DNA of 64,000 nt from Acidimicrobiales bacterium (lineage in GTDB: Bacteria > Actinomycetota > Acidimicrobiia > Acidimicrobiales > Aldehydirespiratoraceae), in assembly GCA_041394245.1 (NCBI GenBank), contig JAWKIR010000002.1, positions 2,858,970 to 2,922,969 on the forward strand, in the 5' to 3' direction. The notes under the pieces are model-generated. The model was not told the origin of the DNA and did not search any database. It saw nothing but the letters and a program-made list of their open reading frames with translations. Every line of letters begins with the position of its first letter. Within the stretch, counting starts at the first letter, position 1. A program made the position numbers and the translations under genes. Shown piece by piece: positions 29,888 through 39,043 of the stretch.

Positions 29888-30693
29888 CAGACGAGCCTCC
29901 GGCGGAGCGCCACGCTGATCTGCTCGATCACGAAGACGACCACGAATACCAGGATCAAGATGCCCAGGATCCGGTCGAAGCGGAAGAAGCTGCGCTGGGC
30001 TTCGATGATCCGACCGATGCCACCGGCGCCGACGAGACCGAGCACGATGGAGGCACGGATGTTGAGCTCGAACACGTAGAGCGCGTAGGCCACATACGAC
30101 GGGAGAACCGTCGGCAACACGCCGGTGCGGACGGCCGGCACGTGACGGGCGCCCGCGGCCCGCGCGGCCTCGAGCGGCCCGGGATCGGCGCCGTCGATGG
30201 TCTCGGAGAAGAGCTTGACCATCACGGCGAACGAGAAGATGGACAGCGCCCACGACCCGGCGAACGCCCCGATACCGATCGCGGTCACCAGGATCTTCGC
30301 CCAGAAGAGATCGGGCACCGCGCGCACGATGCTCATGAGGATGCGGCTCACCCAGTAGGTGGGTGCGTTGGGGGTGGTGAGCCGACTCATGGCGAACGCG
30401 GCCGGGAGCGCGAGTCCGCAGCCGATCACGGTGGCGACGATCGCGATCTGGAAGGTCTCGATCAGCGGGTCGATCACGTTGCCGCGGTCGAGGACCCAGT
30501 CCCATGGGATCGGCCAGAACAGGCCCCAGAGCTTGTTGGTCCAGATGTCGATGAAGGTCGACCAGCGGAAGCCGACCTGGCGGGCGGTGAAGACGGTCCA
30601 CGCCACGAGCGCAATGGCGACCAGATAGACGAGCGGATTTCGCCGCGGCTTCGTCGGACGCTGGGTTGCGCCGGGGGTTGTCGCCCCGGTCAC
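29887..30693 (-). CDS. phnE: Phosphonate ABC transporter permease (second copy)
   Basis: GTG at 30693 (GTGA overlap with the phnC stop). EAARAAGA...RTGVLPTV and NIRASIVLGLVGAGGIG. Confidence 0.85.
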   Translation of the reverse strand: MTGATTPGATQRPTKPRRNPLVYLVAIALVAWTVFTARQVGFRWSTFIDIWTNKLWGLFWPIPWDWVLDRGNVIDPLIETFQIAIVATVIGCGLALPAAFAMSRLTTPNAPTYWVSRILMSIVRAVPDLFWAKILVTAIGIGAFAGSWALSIFSFAVMVKLFSETIDGADPGPLEAARAAGARHVPAVRTGVLPTVLPSYVAYALYVFELNIRASIVLGLVGAGGIGRIIEAQRSFFRFDRILGILILVFVVVFVIEQISVALRRRLV

Positions 30694-31463
30694 TTGTCGT
30701 TGTCGGCGAGAACGTCGCCGGTGGTGATCGAGCGCCCGTAGATCTCGCGGAACGTGTCGTCGTCGACGTCGGCGATGTTGCCGTCGAAGACGAGCTCGCC
30801 GGCCCGGAGACCGATCAGGCGTTGGCCGTATTCCTGGGCGAGATCGAGATAGTGGAGGTTGATGAGGGTGGTGATGCCGAGTTCGGTGTTGATGCGGGCG
30901 AGGTCGCCCATCACCTGGCGGCTCGTCACCGGGTCGAGGGCGGCGACGGGTTCGTCGGCGAGCATGAGTGTCGGCTATTGGGCGAGAGCCCGGGCGATGC
31001 CGACGCGTTGTTGCTGGCCACCCGACAGGTTCGACGCCCGCACGTAGGCCTTCTCGACGATGCCGACCCGTTCGAGGGCCTCGAGGGCGATCTCGCGATC
31101 GGCCGCCGGCCACAGGCCGATGGTCGAGCGCCAGGCGGGCACGTTGCTGAGGCGGCCCATGAGCACATTGTTGAGCACGGTCGTGCGCTCGGCGAGGTTG
31201 AAGGTCTGGAAGATCATGCCGATGCGCGAGCGCACCTGGCGAAGGGCCGCTCCCGAGGCACCCACCACCTCGATGCCGTCGACCTTCGCCGAACCGCTGG
31301 TGGCGGGGACCAGCCCGTTGAGGACGCGCAGCAGGGTGGACTTGCCCGCGCCCGAGAGGCCGACGACCACCACGAACTCACCGTCGTCGATGGTGAGATC
31401 GACGTTGCGCAGCGCCTTGACCCCGTCGCGATAGGTGACGGACACGTCCTCGAGTTCGATCAT
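30690..31463 (-). pseudogene. phnC: Phosphonate ABC transporter ATP-binding protein interrupted by one in-frame TAG
   Basis: Track ORFs 30975..31505 and 30690..30965 are in the same frame. The sequence reads [35 protein letters not shown], so the stop (30975-30977) lies between the signature and Walker B. Confidence 0.75.
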
Positions 31464-31502
31464 GTGTCGGGCCTGACTCCTCGTGCGGTGGGCCGAACGT
31501 GG

Positions 31503-31543
31503 CACCGGCTGCGGACCTCCTGTCGGGGGTTCCGCAGCCGGTG
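31503..31543 (-). promoter_or_regulatory. Intercistronic 13-bp perfect stem-loop between phnD and phnC
   Basis: CACCGGCTGCGGA (31503-31515) pairs with TCCGCAGCCGGTG (31531-31543), 15-nt loop, within the 115-nt phnD-phnC gap. Confidence 0.5.
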
Positions 31544-31578
31544 ACCATCACGGGATGGCGGGAGACCCCGCCGAGTGA

Positions 31579-32772
31579 TCAGCCGGGGGGCTCGGTGATA
31601 CCGAGGGCCGTGGCGGCTTCACGAACGACGTCGAAGTCGGCGTCGTTCGCCGGTGCGATGTCGGTCCAGCTGTAGATCTCGTCGAAGACGGCTTCGCCCT
31701 CTTCGGTCTGCAGATACGCATCGATCGCGTCGTAGATGGCGTCCTTCAGCGACTGCGGGAGTGCGGTGCGGACGGCGACGACGTCGTTCGGGATCTCGTC
31801 GGTGATCGAGAACACGATGACCTTCTCGCCGACATCGGGGTTGACGTCGTCGATGGTGCTGCGGGCGTCGTCGAAGGACAGGCCGAACTTGGCGCTGCCG
31901 TCGTAGACGGCCGTGACCGCGGCATCGTGGCCACCGGTGAAGATGGGGGTGATACCGGTCGCGGGATCGATGCCCAGGTTGGTGAGGTCGAGCGCCGGGA
32001 AGAGGTAACCCGAGGTCGAGGTCTCCGAGGTGAAGGCCACGGTCTCGCCGGCGACCGACGACAGGTCGCCGATGCAGCTCGTGCCGGAGCTGATCACGTC
32101 GCCGTTGTCGTTGACCTTGCCGAACTGGGGACCGTCGTCGCCGAACTCCACACCGACCTGCAGGGCCACTGCTTCGAGTGCCGGGACCTGGACGATCTCG
32201 CCGTTCTGGTTCTCGAGGGCGGTCGCCTCGGCGAGGGTGCCCTCCTGACAAACGGACGGGTCGTTGGTGAACCACTGGCCGTGGTAGGTGGCCGAGCCGA
32301 AGCGCACCGACTGGATCAGGGGCTCGATGTTGCCGAACTGGTCCTTGCCGAGCGTGTAGCCGAACGGGCCGAAGGCGCCGAGGTCGGTCTGGTCGGTTCC
32401 CATCGAGGTGACGAGGCCGGTGTAGTCGGTGGTGACCACGCCGTTGACGGTGATGCCGAGGGCCTCCTCGAGGACTGCGATGAACGGGTCGATGTTGTCC
32501 TGCAGCGTCGCCTGGTCCTGGCTGGGAACGAAGCCGAACGTGATCGACTCGGGCCAGTCGGCCATGTCGTCGTCGGCCATGTCGCCGCTGTCGTCGGCCA
32601 TGTCGCCACTGTCGTCGCTCATGTCGTCGCTGGCGCTGTCGTCGGCCATGTCGCCGCTGTCGTCGGCTGAGCTGTCGTCGGCGGCATCGCCGCTGTCGTC
32701 GTCGCCGCACGCAGCGGCGAACAACGCGAAGCCGAGCAACAACGCCAGAAAGCGCATCATTGTCTTGTTCAT
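31579..32772 (-). CDS. phnD: Phosphonate/phosphite ABC substrate-binding lipoprotein
   Basis: ATG at 32772 with GGAGGGA upstream. Lipobox LFAAAC. Acidic linker, then FGFVPSQD...GAFGPFGY (PhnD-type). Confidence 0.85.
   Translation of the reverse strand: MNKTMMRFLALLLGFALFAAACGDDDSGDAADDSSADDSGDMADDSASDDMSDDSGDMADDSGDMADDDMADWPESITFGFVPSQDQATLQDNIDPFIAVLEEALGITVNGVVTTDYTGLVTSMGTDQTDLGAFGPFGYTLGKDQFGNIEPLIQSVRFGSATYHGQWFTNDPSVCQEGTLAEATALENQNGEIVQVPALEAVALQVGVEFGDDGPQFGKVNDNGDVISSGTSCIGDLSSVAGETVAFTSETSTSGYLFPALDLTNLGIDPATGITPIFTGGHDAAVTAVYDGSAKFGLSFDDARSTIDDVNPDVGEKVIVFSITDEIPNDVVAVRTALPQSLKDAIYDAIDAYLQTEEGEAVFDEIYSWTDIAPANDADFDVVREAATALGITEPPG
32557..32706 (-). repeat. In-frame acidic low-complexity repeat (DDSGDMADD-type) in the PhnD linker
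   Basis: Repeated gtcgtcggccatgtcgcc(g/a)ctgtc units encoding about 50 D/S/G/M/A residues after the lipobox Cys. Confidence 0.8.
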
Positions 32773-32843
32773 GTGGTCCCTCCAGGGATGTGGGTTGGAA
32801 GCGACCGTAGTCAGCTCGAGCCGGCTTTGCGTCGCCGACCGCG

Positions 32844-33431
32844 TTACGTGCCTGTGAACGCCGCCCGGCGGTCGACGATCTCCTGGAAGTCGGCCCAGTC
32901 GTAGACGTCGATCGCGCCGGCGATCGGGCGGTTCCACGGGCGGACGTATCGGCACACCTCGGCGTCGGGGTGGGCGCCGGTGAGGGCCTCGAGGTTGTGG
33001 TCGGCATCGTCGAGGTACACGTCGCAGGTGACCTGGGTCTTGTCGTCGAGGATGTGGATTTCCGTCGACGGGATGCGGTGGCGGGCCAGCCAGTCGTAGG
33101 TGTCGTGGACCGAGAAATGCGGCTTGGTGGTGAGGATCACCAGGTGGTGACCGGCGCCGCGCAGTGCGTGGAGGGCGTCGAGCGCACCCTCGTAGGGCTC
33201 CAATCCGTGGAACAGGCTGCGTCCGTCGGCACACGTCTCCGCCCACTTCCAGAACGCGGACATGCTGGGGAAGTGGCTGAGGGAGGTGGGTGCATCCCAC
33301 TCGACGACGTCGTCGGCGCGGAGTTCGCGCTCGAGGTGCTCGGGAAAGTCGCGGTTGTAGCGAGTGGTCCAGCCATGGTTGAAGTCGGCGACCACGCCGT
33401 CGAGATCGATGCCGAGTCGGAGTTTGCGCAC
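32844..33431 (-). CDS. 5'(3')-deoxyribonucleotidase-like HAD hydrolase (NT5C family)
   Basis: GTG at 33431 gives VRKLRLGIDLDGVVADF (DxDG motif). Track start 33488 would overlap the divergent paralogue. Confidence 0.7.
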   Translation of the reverse strand: MRKLRLGIDLDGVVADFNHGWTTRYNRDFPEHLERELRADDVVEWDAPTSLSHFPSMSAFWKWAETCADGRSLFHGLEPYEGALDALHALRGAGHHLVILTTKPHFSVHDTYDWLARHRIPSTEIHILDDKTQVTCDVYLDDADHNLEALTGAHPDAEVCRYVRPWNRPIAGAIDVYDWADFQEIVDRRAAFTGT

Positions 33432-33475
33432 AGACCAACTCTCGCAGCTCGGCTCCGATGTGGCACCCTCGGGGT

Positions 33476-34135
33476 ATGTCCCGGCCATCTCGCCCGTTCG
33501 TGTTCGGCGTCGACCTGGACGGCGTCGTGGCCGACTACACCGCGGGCTTTCGCGAGATCGTGGCGGAGGATCGCGGGGTCGATCCGGCGACCCTTCCCGT
33601 CGAGCGTTCGTGGGACTTCCACGAGTGGGGACTCGACGCCGACGAGTTCAACCGGCTCCACAACTACGCCGTCAACGAGCGCCGCATGCTCGCGACATTG
33701 CCTGCGTTCGACGGCGCGGCCGACGCGCTGTGGCGTCTCTCCGATGCCGGGATCTGGATCCGTGTCGTCACCCACCGGCTCTATGTGAACTGGGGTCACG
33801 CCGCCGCGATCAACGACACCGTCACCTGGCTCGACGTCAACCGGATCCCGTATCGCGACATCTGCTTCCTGGGCGCCAAGCCCGAGGTCGAGGCCGACTG
33901 CTACATCGACGACGCGCCGCACAACATCGAGCAACTGCGCGCCGCGGGCAATGATGTCATCGTGTTCGATCAGCCCTACAACGTCGACTTCGACGGCCTC
34001 CGGGCCCGCGACTGGCGAGAGGTCGAGGCGATCGTGGTCGAACTCGCGGCGGCCAAGGCCGGTGCCGTCGAGGTGCAGCTGCCGGGGATCGAACCGGGTG
34101 CCGATCGGCTGACGCGTCGAGTCGGCCCGGCGTAG
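33476..34135 (+). CDS. Second NT5C-like HAD hydrolase, divergent paralogue
   Basis: MSRPSRPFVFGVDLDGVVADY. Alternative start at 33458. Only 26-44 bp separate the two starts. Confidence 0.7.
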   Translation: MSRPSRPFVFGVDLDGVVADYTAGFREIVAEDRGVDPATLPVERSWDFHEWGLDADEFNRLHNYAVNERRMLATLPAFDGAADALWRLSDAGIWIRVVTHRLYVNWGHAAAINDTVTWLDVNRIPYRDICFLGAKPEVEADCYIDDAPHNIEQLRAAGNDVIVFDQPYNVDFDGLRARDWREVEAIVVELAAAKAGAVEVQLPGIEPGADRLTRRVGPA

Positions 34136-34145
34136 CCTCTTCATC

Positions 34146-34607
34146 ATGAGCACAGATGCAGACAGCGGCAGCGACTACGAACCGAGCGCGTGGGGATGGG
34201 TGGCCGACCAGGTCGCCGAGTACGAGGCTTCGGGTGGCGAGCGGGCCAACACGCTGATGGACACGGGCATCCCGATCGTGGTCACCACGATGGTGGGGCA
34301 CAAGAGCGGCAAGGTCCGCAAGGTGCCGTTGATGCGGGTCGAGCACGAGGGCGAGTACGCACTCATCGCCTCGAAGGCGGGCATGCCGCACCATCCGGGC
34401 TGGTACTACAACCTCGTCGACGCCACGCACGTCACGGTGCAGGACGGCCCCGAGCCGAAGAACTACACCGTCCGCGAAGTCACCGGCGCCGAGCGCGACG
34501 AGTGGTACGCCCGTGGGGTCGCGGTCTATCCGGACTATGCCGACTACGCCGTGTCCGCGGCCGAACACGGCCGGGTCATCCCGGTGTTCGTCGCCACACC
34601 CGTGTAG
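34146..34607 (+). CDS. Deazaflavin (F420)-dependent nitroreductase family protein (second DDN-like)
   Basis: VVTTMVGHKSGKVRKVPLM...ASKAGMPHHPGWYYNL...RVIPVFV. Confidence 0.8.
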   Translation: MSTDADSGSDYEPSAWGWVADQVAEYEASGGERANTLMDTGIPIVVTTMVGHKSGKVRKVPLMRVEHEGEYALIASKAGMPHHPGWYYNLVDATHVTVQDGPEPKNYTVREVTGAERDEWYARGVAVYPDYADYAVSAAEHGRVIPVFVATPV

Positions 34608-34610
34608 GGG

Positions 34611-34904
34611 TCAGAGGCCGCCGGCCGACAGTGCGTTGGCGATGCGGTTGAACGTCTGCACCAGGCCGAGGTGTTCGGTTTCGAAACGAGAGAGCGACTC
34701 CTCGAGGCTCTCGATGAGGTTCGGATCGTCGTCCTCGTTCTCGTCGGCCTCGACCTCGATCCGTCGAACCAGTTCCGCGAGGTGGGAGCGGTCGTCGTCG
34801 CCCAAGCCGTCGGCGGCGGCGATCGCCGACCGCAGCTCGTCGAGCAGTTCCTCCATGTCGCGGTCTTCGGTCTCGCTCACCACATCCCCCTCGGTCGCGT
34901 ACAT
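34611..34904 (-). CDS. Small acidic DUF4404-like protein
   Basis: ATG at 34904 (MYATEGD...). Helical acidic body ending FETEHLGLVQTFNRIANALSAGGL, as recalled for DUF4404. Confidence 0.5.
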   Translation of the reverse strand: MYATEGDVVSETEDRDMEELLDELRSAIAAADGLGDDDRSHLAELVRRIEVEADENEDDDPNLIESLEESLSRFETEHLGLVQTFNRIANALSAGGL

Positions 34905-34940
34905 CAGCCCTTGCCGGTCAGCCCTGTTTCTACTCGCTCC

Positions 34941-35006
34941 CACCCGCCACAGCGGTGTCAGACACCCGCCACAGCGGTGTCAGACACCTGCCACGAGGTG
35001 GTGGGA
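34941..35006. repeat. 22-bp tandem repeat (2 perfect + 1 degenerate copy) carrying two 13-bp palindromes, a putative operator
   Basis: CACCCGCCACAGCGGTGTCAGA occurs at 34941-34962 and 34963-34984, with a degenerate copy at 34985-35006. GGTGTCAGACACC palindromes at 34954-34966 and 34976-34988. Confidence 0.8.
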
Positions 35007-35031
35007 GACTGCGTCGGTGTCCGATCTGCGC

Positions 35032-36381
35032 ATGAACCAGACCATCGATCTGCTGCGGGAACTGATTCGCAACGAGTGTGTCAACGACGGCACGGCGGCG
35101 TCGGGCCAGGAGGTGCGCAACGCCGATGTGTTGCAGCATTGGCTGGAGGGATCGGGGCTCGATCTCCAGCGCTACGAGCCGGCGCCCGGCCGGGTGTCGC
35201 TCGTGTCGCGTATCGAGGGCACCGACCCGAGCGCGCCGAGCCTGTGCCTGATGGGACACACCGACGTGGTGCCGGTGAATCGCGACGGCTGGAGTCGCGA
35301 CCCGTTCGGTGGCGAACGAGTCGTGTCGCCTGCCGGCATCGACGAGGTGTGGGGCAGGGGCGCGGTCGACATGTTGAACCTCACCGCGTCGATGGCCGTC
35401 GCGTTCCGTGAGCTGGCGCGCAGCGGGTTCCGGCCGCGGGGTGACCTCATCTTCTTCGCCGTTGCCGACGAGGAGTCGGGGAGCGCGCACGGCGCTCGGT
35501 GGATGGCCGACCACGAACGCGACGCCATCTTCGCCGACTACGTGCTCACCGAGAACGGCGGGCTCCACTCGGGGTCCCCGGAGGCACCGAGGATCGGCAT
35601 CAACGTGGCCGAGAAGGGAGTGGCGTGGCGGCGGCTACGGGTCAAGGGCACACCCGGTCACGGGTCGCGGCCCTATCGCGGCGACAACGCGTTGGTGAAG
35701 GCCGCCGCCGTCATCCAGCGAATCGCCGACTACCGACCGCCGCCGCGATTCCACGAGCTCTGGCCGCAGCAGGTGGCCACCATGGACGTCGACGACGACA
35801 CCAAGGCGGCGATGCTCGATCCCGACCGACTCGACGATCTGCTCGCCGAGCTTCCCCACGCCCCGCATGCGTCGCACCTCTACTCGTGCACGCACACCAC
35901 CTTCTCGCCGAACCTGATCGCGGGCGGCGACGGCAGCCGGATGAAGACCAACGTCATCCCCGACTCGGTCGACATCGACGTCGACATTCGCACGATGCCC
36001 GGCGACACCACCGACGAGGTGCGGGCCCATCTCGACACGGCGCTCGGTGACCTTGCCGACGAGGTCCACGTCGACGTGATCATGAACGACCCGGCCAGCA
36101 CGAGCCCGTCCGACACGCCCCTGTGGCAGAGCCTGCAGCGGGCGGTCGAGAAGCCGTTCCCGGGTGCACGGTTGGCCCCCCAGTTCGTCGTCGGGTTCAC
36201 CGATTCGCGGATCTACCGGGAGATGGGAGCGGTGGCGTACGGCGCAGGGCTGTTCAGCCCCGAGCTCGATGTCGGTTCGTTCGGGCAGCGCTTCCACGGC
36301 AACGACGAACGCATCGACGTCGAGTCACTGCGACTCAGCACCGACCTGTTCCACGACGTGGCGAAGGATCTCCTGGGATGA
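35032..36381 (+). CDS. M20-family metallopeptidase
   Basis: ATG at 35032 (MNQTIDLLRELI). LMGHTDVVPV, DPFGGE...GRGAVDM, ADEESGS motifs. Confidence 0.85.
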   Translation: MNQTIDLLRELIRNECVNDGTAASGQEVRNADVLQHWLEGSGLDLQRYEPAPGRVSLVSRIEGTDPSAPSLCLMGHTDVVPVNRDGWSRDPFGGERVVSPAGIDEVWGRGAVDMLNLTASMAVAFRELARSGFRPRGDLIFFAVADEESGSAHGARWMADHERDAIFADYVLTENGGLHSGSPEAPRIGINVAEKGVAWRRLRVKGTPGHGSRPYRGDNALVKAAAVIQRIADYRPPPRFHELWPQQVATMDVDDDTKAAMLDPDRLDDLLAELPHAPHASHLYSCTHTTFSPNLIAGGDGSRMKTNVIPDSVDIDVDIRTMPGDTTDEVRAHLDTALGDLADEVHVDVIMNDPASTSPSDTPLWQSLQRAVEKPFPGARLAPQFVVGFTDSRIYREMGAVAYGAGLFSPELDVGSFGQRFHGNDERIDVESLRLSTDLFHDVAKDLLG

Positions 36382-36406
36382 GCACGGCACCACCACCGAG
36401 GTCGCG

Positions 36407-36538
36407 ATGGCGCCGCCGACGCAGGTGATCGGCGACATGCTCGATCGTCACGAGCGGATCGAACCGGCGGGGTCGGTCGAGCGAGTCCGCAGCAACCTGC
36501 TCCACGGCGTGGAGCACCGGCCCGTGCGGCTGCGCTGA
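36407..36538 (+). CDS. Possible 43-aa ORF coupled to the DUF1971 gene
   Basis: ATG at 36407. The stop is separated from the next ATG by 1 nt (TGAcATG). No family recognised, so this may be non-coding. Confidence 0.2.
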   Translation: MAPPTQVIGDMLDRHERIEPAGSVERVRSNLLHGVEHRPVRLR

Positions 36539-36539
36539 C

Positions 36540-36830
36540 ATGGGCGACGATCCCGTCGTCGAGGAGCTTCCACCTGGCCTGGCGCTGGTACGCACGACGC
36601 CGGAGTTCACGATCGACACCGTGCCCGCCGGCCTGCTCGGTGCGCATCGCGTGGCCGACGACGTGTGGGGCGTGCTGCGCGTGAATCGCGGCACGGTGGT
36701 CTTCGTGCTCGAAGACACCGGCGTGCGGCGGTCGTTGACGACGAACGACGCGCAGGTGATCGAACCCGGGGTGTTGCACCACGTCGAGCCCTCGGCCGAC
36801 GCCCGTTTCGTCGTCGAGTTCCACCGCTAG
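36540..36830 (+). CDS. DUF1971 (TehB-associated) domain protein
   Basis: 96 aa. LPAGLLGAHRVADDVWGVLRV..G...F pattern as recalled for DUF1971. Confidence 0.6.
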   Translation: MGDDPVVEELPPGLALVRTTPEFTIDTVPAGLLGAHRVADDVWGVLRVNRGTVVFVLEDTGVRRSLTTNDAQVIEPGVLHHVEPSADARFVVEFHR

Positions 36831-36901
36831 GTCCGTCTCGCTCGCGGTGCTCGCGGGCGGACTGTGGTCAACTGGTTCCGAACCCGACGAGAGGGGCCTC
36901 C

Positions 36902-37783
36902 GTGGCGGACAGGAACGTACTCATCACCGGTACCTCGACGGGGATCGGTGCGGCCTGCGTGCAACGCATGGCGGGCTCGGGGTGGCGGGTCTACGCCGGT
37001 GTCCGACGCGAAGAGGACGGCGAACGCCTCGCCGCCGACGCCGACGCCGGCGCCGCGGGCGAGGTCGTCCCCGTCCTCCTCGATGTCGTCGATCGGGGGC
37101 ACGTCGACGCCGCCCTGGCCCGGATCCGCGACGAGGCGGGCGTGCTGCACGGGTTGGTGAACAACGCGGGGATCGGAGTCGGTGGACCGATCGAGCTCCT
37201 GACCGACGAGGAGTGGCGCCGCCAGTTCGACGTCAACTTCTTCAGCCTCGTGTCGCTGACCCGAGAAGCGATGCCGCTGATGGAGGACGTCGGCGGCCGG
37301 TTCGTCCACATCGGTTCGATCGCCGGACGAGTGTCGCAGCCGGCACTCGGTCCCTATGCCGCGAGCAAGCACGCAGTGGAGGCGTTCAACTGGTCGTTGC
37401 GCGGTGAGCTGGCGCGGACGTCGATGAACTCGTCGGTCGTCGAGCCGGGCGAGATCAAGACGGCGATCTGGGACAAGGCCGACGACACGATCGCCGGGTC
37501 GGAGGCGCGGATCGATGCTGCGGGGCGGCGGGCTCGCTACGGCTTCCTGATCCAGCGCCAACGGGCGTTCAACGTCGAGGGCCGGGAGAAGGGAATCGAT
37601 CCGGATCGGGTGGCGCAGGCGGTCGAGCACGCACTCACGGCGTCGAGGCCGAAGGCCCGCTATCTCGTCGGTCCCGACGCCAAGCTGATCGGTCTCATGG
37701 CCCGTTTGCCGGACCGCGTGCTCGAGCCGCTGCTCGGTCTCAACGGCCGGCGTCTGGAACGGGCAGGCCGCAAGCTCGTTTGA
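36902..37783 (+). CDS. Short-chain dehydrogenase/reductase
   Basis: GTG at 36902. VLITGTSTGIG, NNAG and YAASK catalytic motifs. Confidence 0.9.
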   Translation: MADRNVLITGTSTGIGAACVQRMAGSGWRVYAGVRREEDGERLAADADAGAAGEVVPVLLDVVDRGHVDAALARIRDEAGVLHGLVNNAGIGVGGPIELLTDEEWRRQFDVNFFSLVSLTREAMPLMEDVGGRFVHIGSIAGRVSQPALGPYAASKHAVEAFNWSLRGELARTSMNSSVVEPGEIKTAIWDKADDTIAGSEARIDAAGRRARYGFLIQRQRAFNVEGREKGIDPDRVAQAVEHALTASRPKARYLVGPDAKLIGLMARLPDRVLEPLLGLNGRRLERAGRKLV

Positions 37784-37858
37784 TCGGCGGGGCCCGAGGG
37801 CACCTACAGTCGGTGCGGTCCGGGCCGGTGCGGTCCGGTGTCGGCAAGGGGGAATCCG

Positions 37859-39043
37859 ATGGCAGACGACGTGGCGGCGCTCGACGTCGACGGGGTGTTG
37901 CGCACCGCGTCGGAACGGGCCGGAGGGCTCGACGACCTCGACGACGGACCGGGCGGTTCGTTCATGGAGGGACTCGGTCGCTTGGTCGACTCGCTGTCCG
38001 CCGAGGCGCAACTCAACGACATCGGCCGGATCATCAGCAACGAACGGATGTTGCTCCACACGGTCAACCGCCTCCACTATGTCGACGATCGCAAGCGCCA
38101 TCCGGACATCGCGACGCAGAAGATCGTGCGTCCGGTGTTCATCATCGGCATGCCTCGAACGGGTACGACGATCCTGCACGACATCCTCGCCTGCGACCCC
38201 CGCAGTCGGGCCCCGATGACCTGGGAGGTGATGTTCCCGTCGCCGCCACCCGAGGCCGCCACCTTCGACACCGACCCCCGCATCGCCCAGTGCGCGGCGA
38301 CGATGCCCGACCGCGACATGCAGCTGCCCGGCTTCGACGCGATCCATCCGATGGGTCCGCAGCTGACACAGGAGTGCGTCGTGCTGATGGGTGAATCGAT
38401 GTGCACTCCGCTGTTCCACAACCAGTTCCGGGTGCCGAGCTACGAGGACTGGGTCGACACCGAAGCCGATTGGCGTCCGGTCTACGACTTCCATCACCGT
38501 CAGCTCCAGCACTTCCAGGCCCGCAACCCCGGCGATCGCTGGGTGCTCAAGACCGGCGCCCACCTGTGGGGTCTCGATCAGCTGCTCGAGACCTACCCCG
38601 ACGCCCGCATCGTGTTCACCCATCGCGACCCGGTGAAGTCGATGACCTCCTACTCGAGTCTCACGTCGATCGTGCGTCGGGTCGGCAGCGACGCCGTCGA
38701 CCCGATCGAGGTGGCCGACGACTGGATCGACCGACTGCGGAGGGTCCTCCTGCGCGGTATCGAGATCCGTCAGGCCCGCGAGTACCCCGACGCGATCTTC
38801 TACGACATGTACTTCCCCGACTTCATCTCGGATCAGTTCACCGAGGTCGAGAAGATCTACGAGGCGCTCGACCTGCCGATGTCGGGCGAGGGCGCCGACG
38901 CGATGAAGGCGTTCATCGACGACAACCCGCCGGGCAAGCACGGTATCCACCGGTATTCGCCCGAGGAGTTCGGTGTCGACCCGGCCCAGGTCCGCGCCGA
39001 GTTCCGGACCTACATCGACCACTTCGGATTGACGGAGGAATGA
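37859..39043 (+). CDS. Sulfotransferase family protein
   Basis: ATG at 37859 with AAGGGGGA upstream. PAPS-loop-like GMPRTGTTILH and RDP..S motifs. Confidence 0.8.
   Translation: MADDVAALDVDGVLRTASERAGGLDDLDDGPGGSFMEGLGRLVDSLSAEAQLNDIGRIISNERMLLHTVNRLHYVDDRKRHPDIATQKIVRPVFIIGMPRTGTTILHDILACDPRSRAPMTWEVMFPSPPPEAATFDTDPRIAQCAATMPDRDMQLPGFDAIHPMGPQLTQECVVLMGESMCTPLFHNQFRVPSYEDWVDTEADWRPVYDFHHRQLQHFQARNPGDRWVLKTGAHLWGLDQLLETYPDARIVFTHRDPVKSMTSYSSLTSIVRRVGSDAVDPIEVADDWIDRLRRVLLRGIEIRQAREYPDAIFYDMYFPDFISDQFTEVEKIYEALDLPMSGEGADAMKAFIDDNPPGKHGIHRYSPEEFGVDPAQVRAEFRTYIDHFGLTEE

Noticed and set aside
30975-30977. TAG in phnC as a recoded codon (pyrrolysine or programmed read-through)
   Set aside because: There is no pyl context and no known precedent in this lineage. 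A point mutation or sequencing error is far more parsimonious.
34941-35006. CRISPR-like array (also considered for 55931..56119 and 48764..48792)
   Set aside because: The repeats are directly tandem with no spacers. They are either in-frame coding heptads or 2-3 copies in a promoter region. No cas genes are present.
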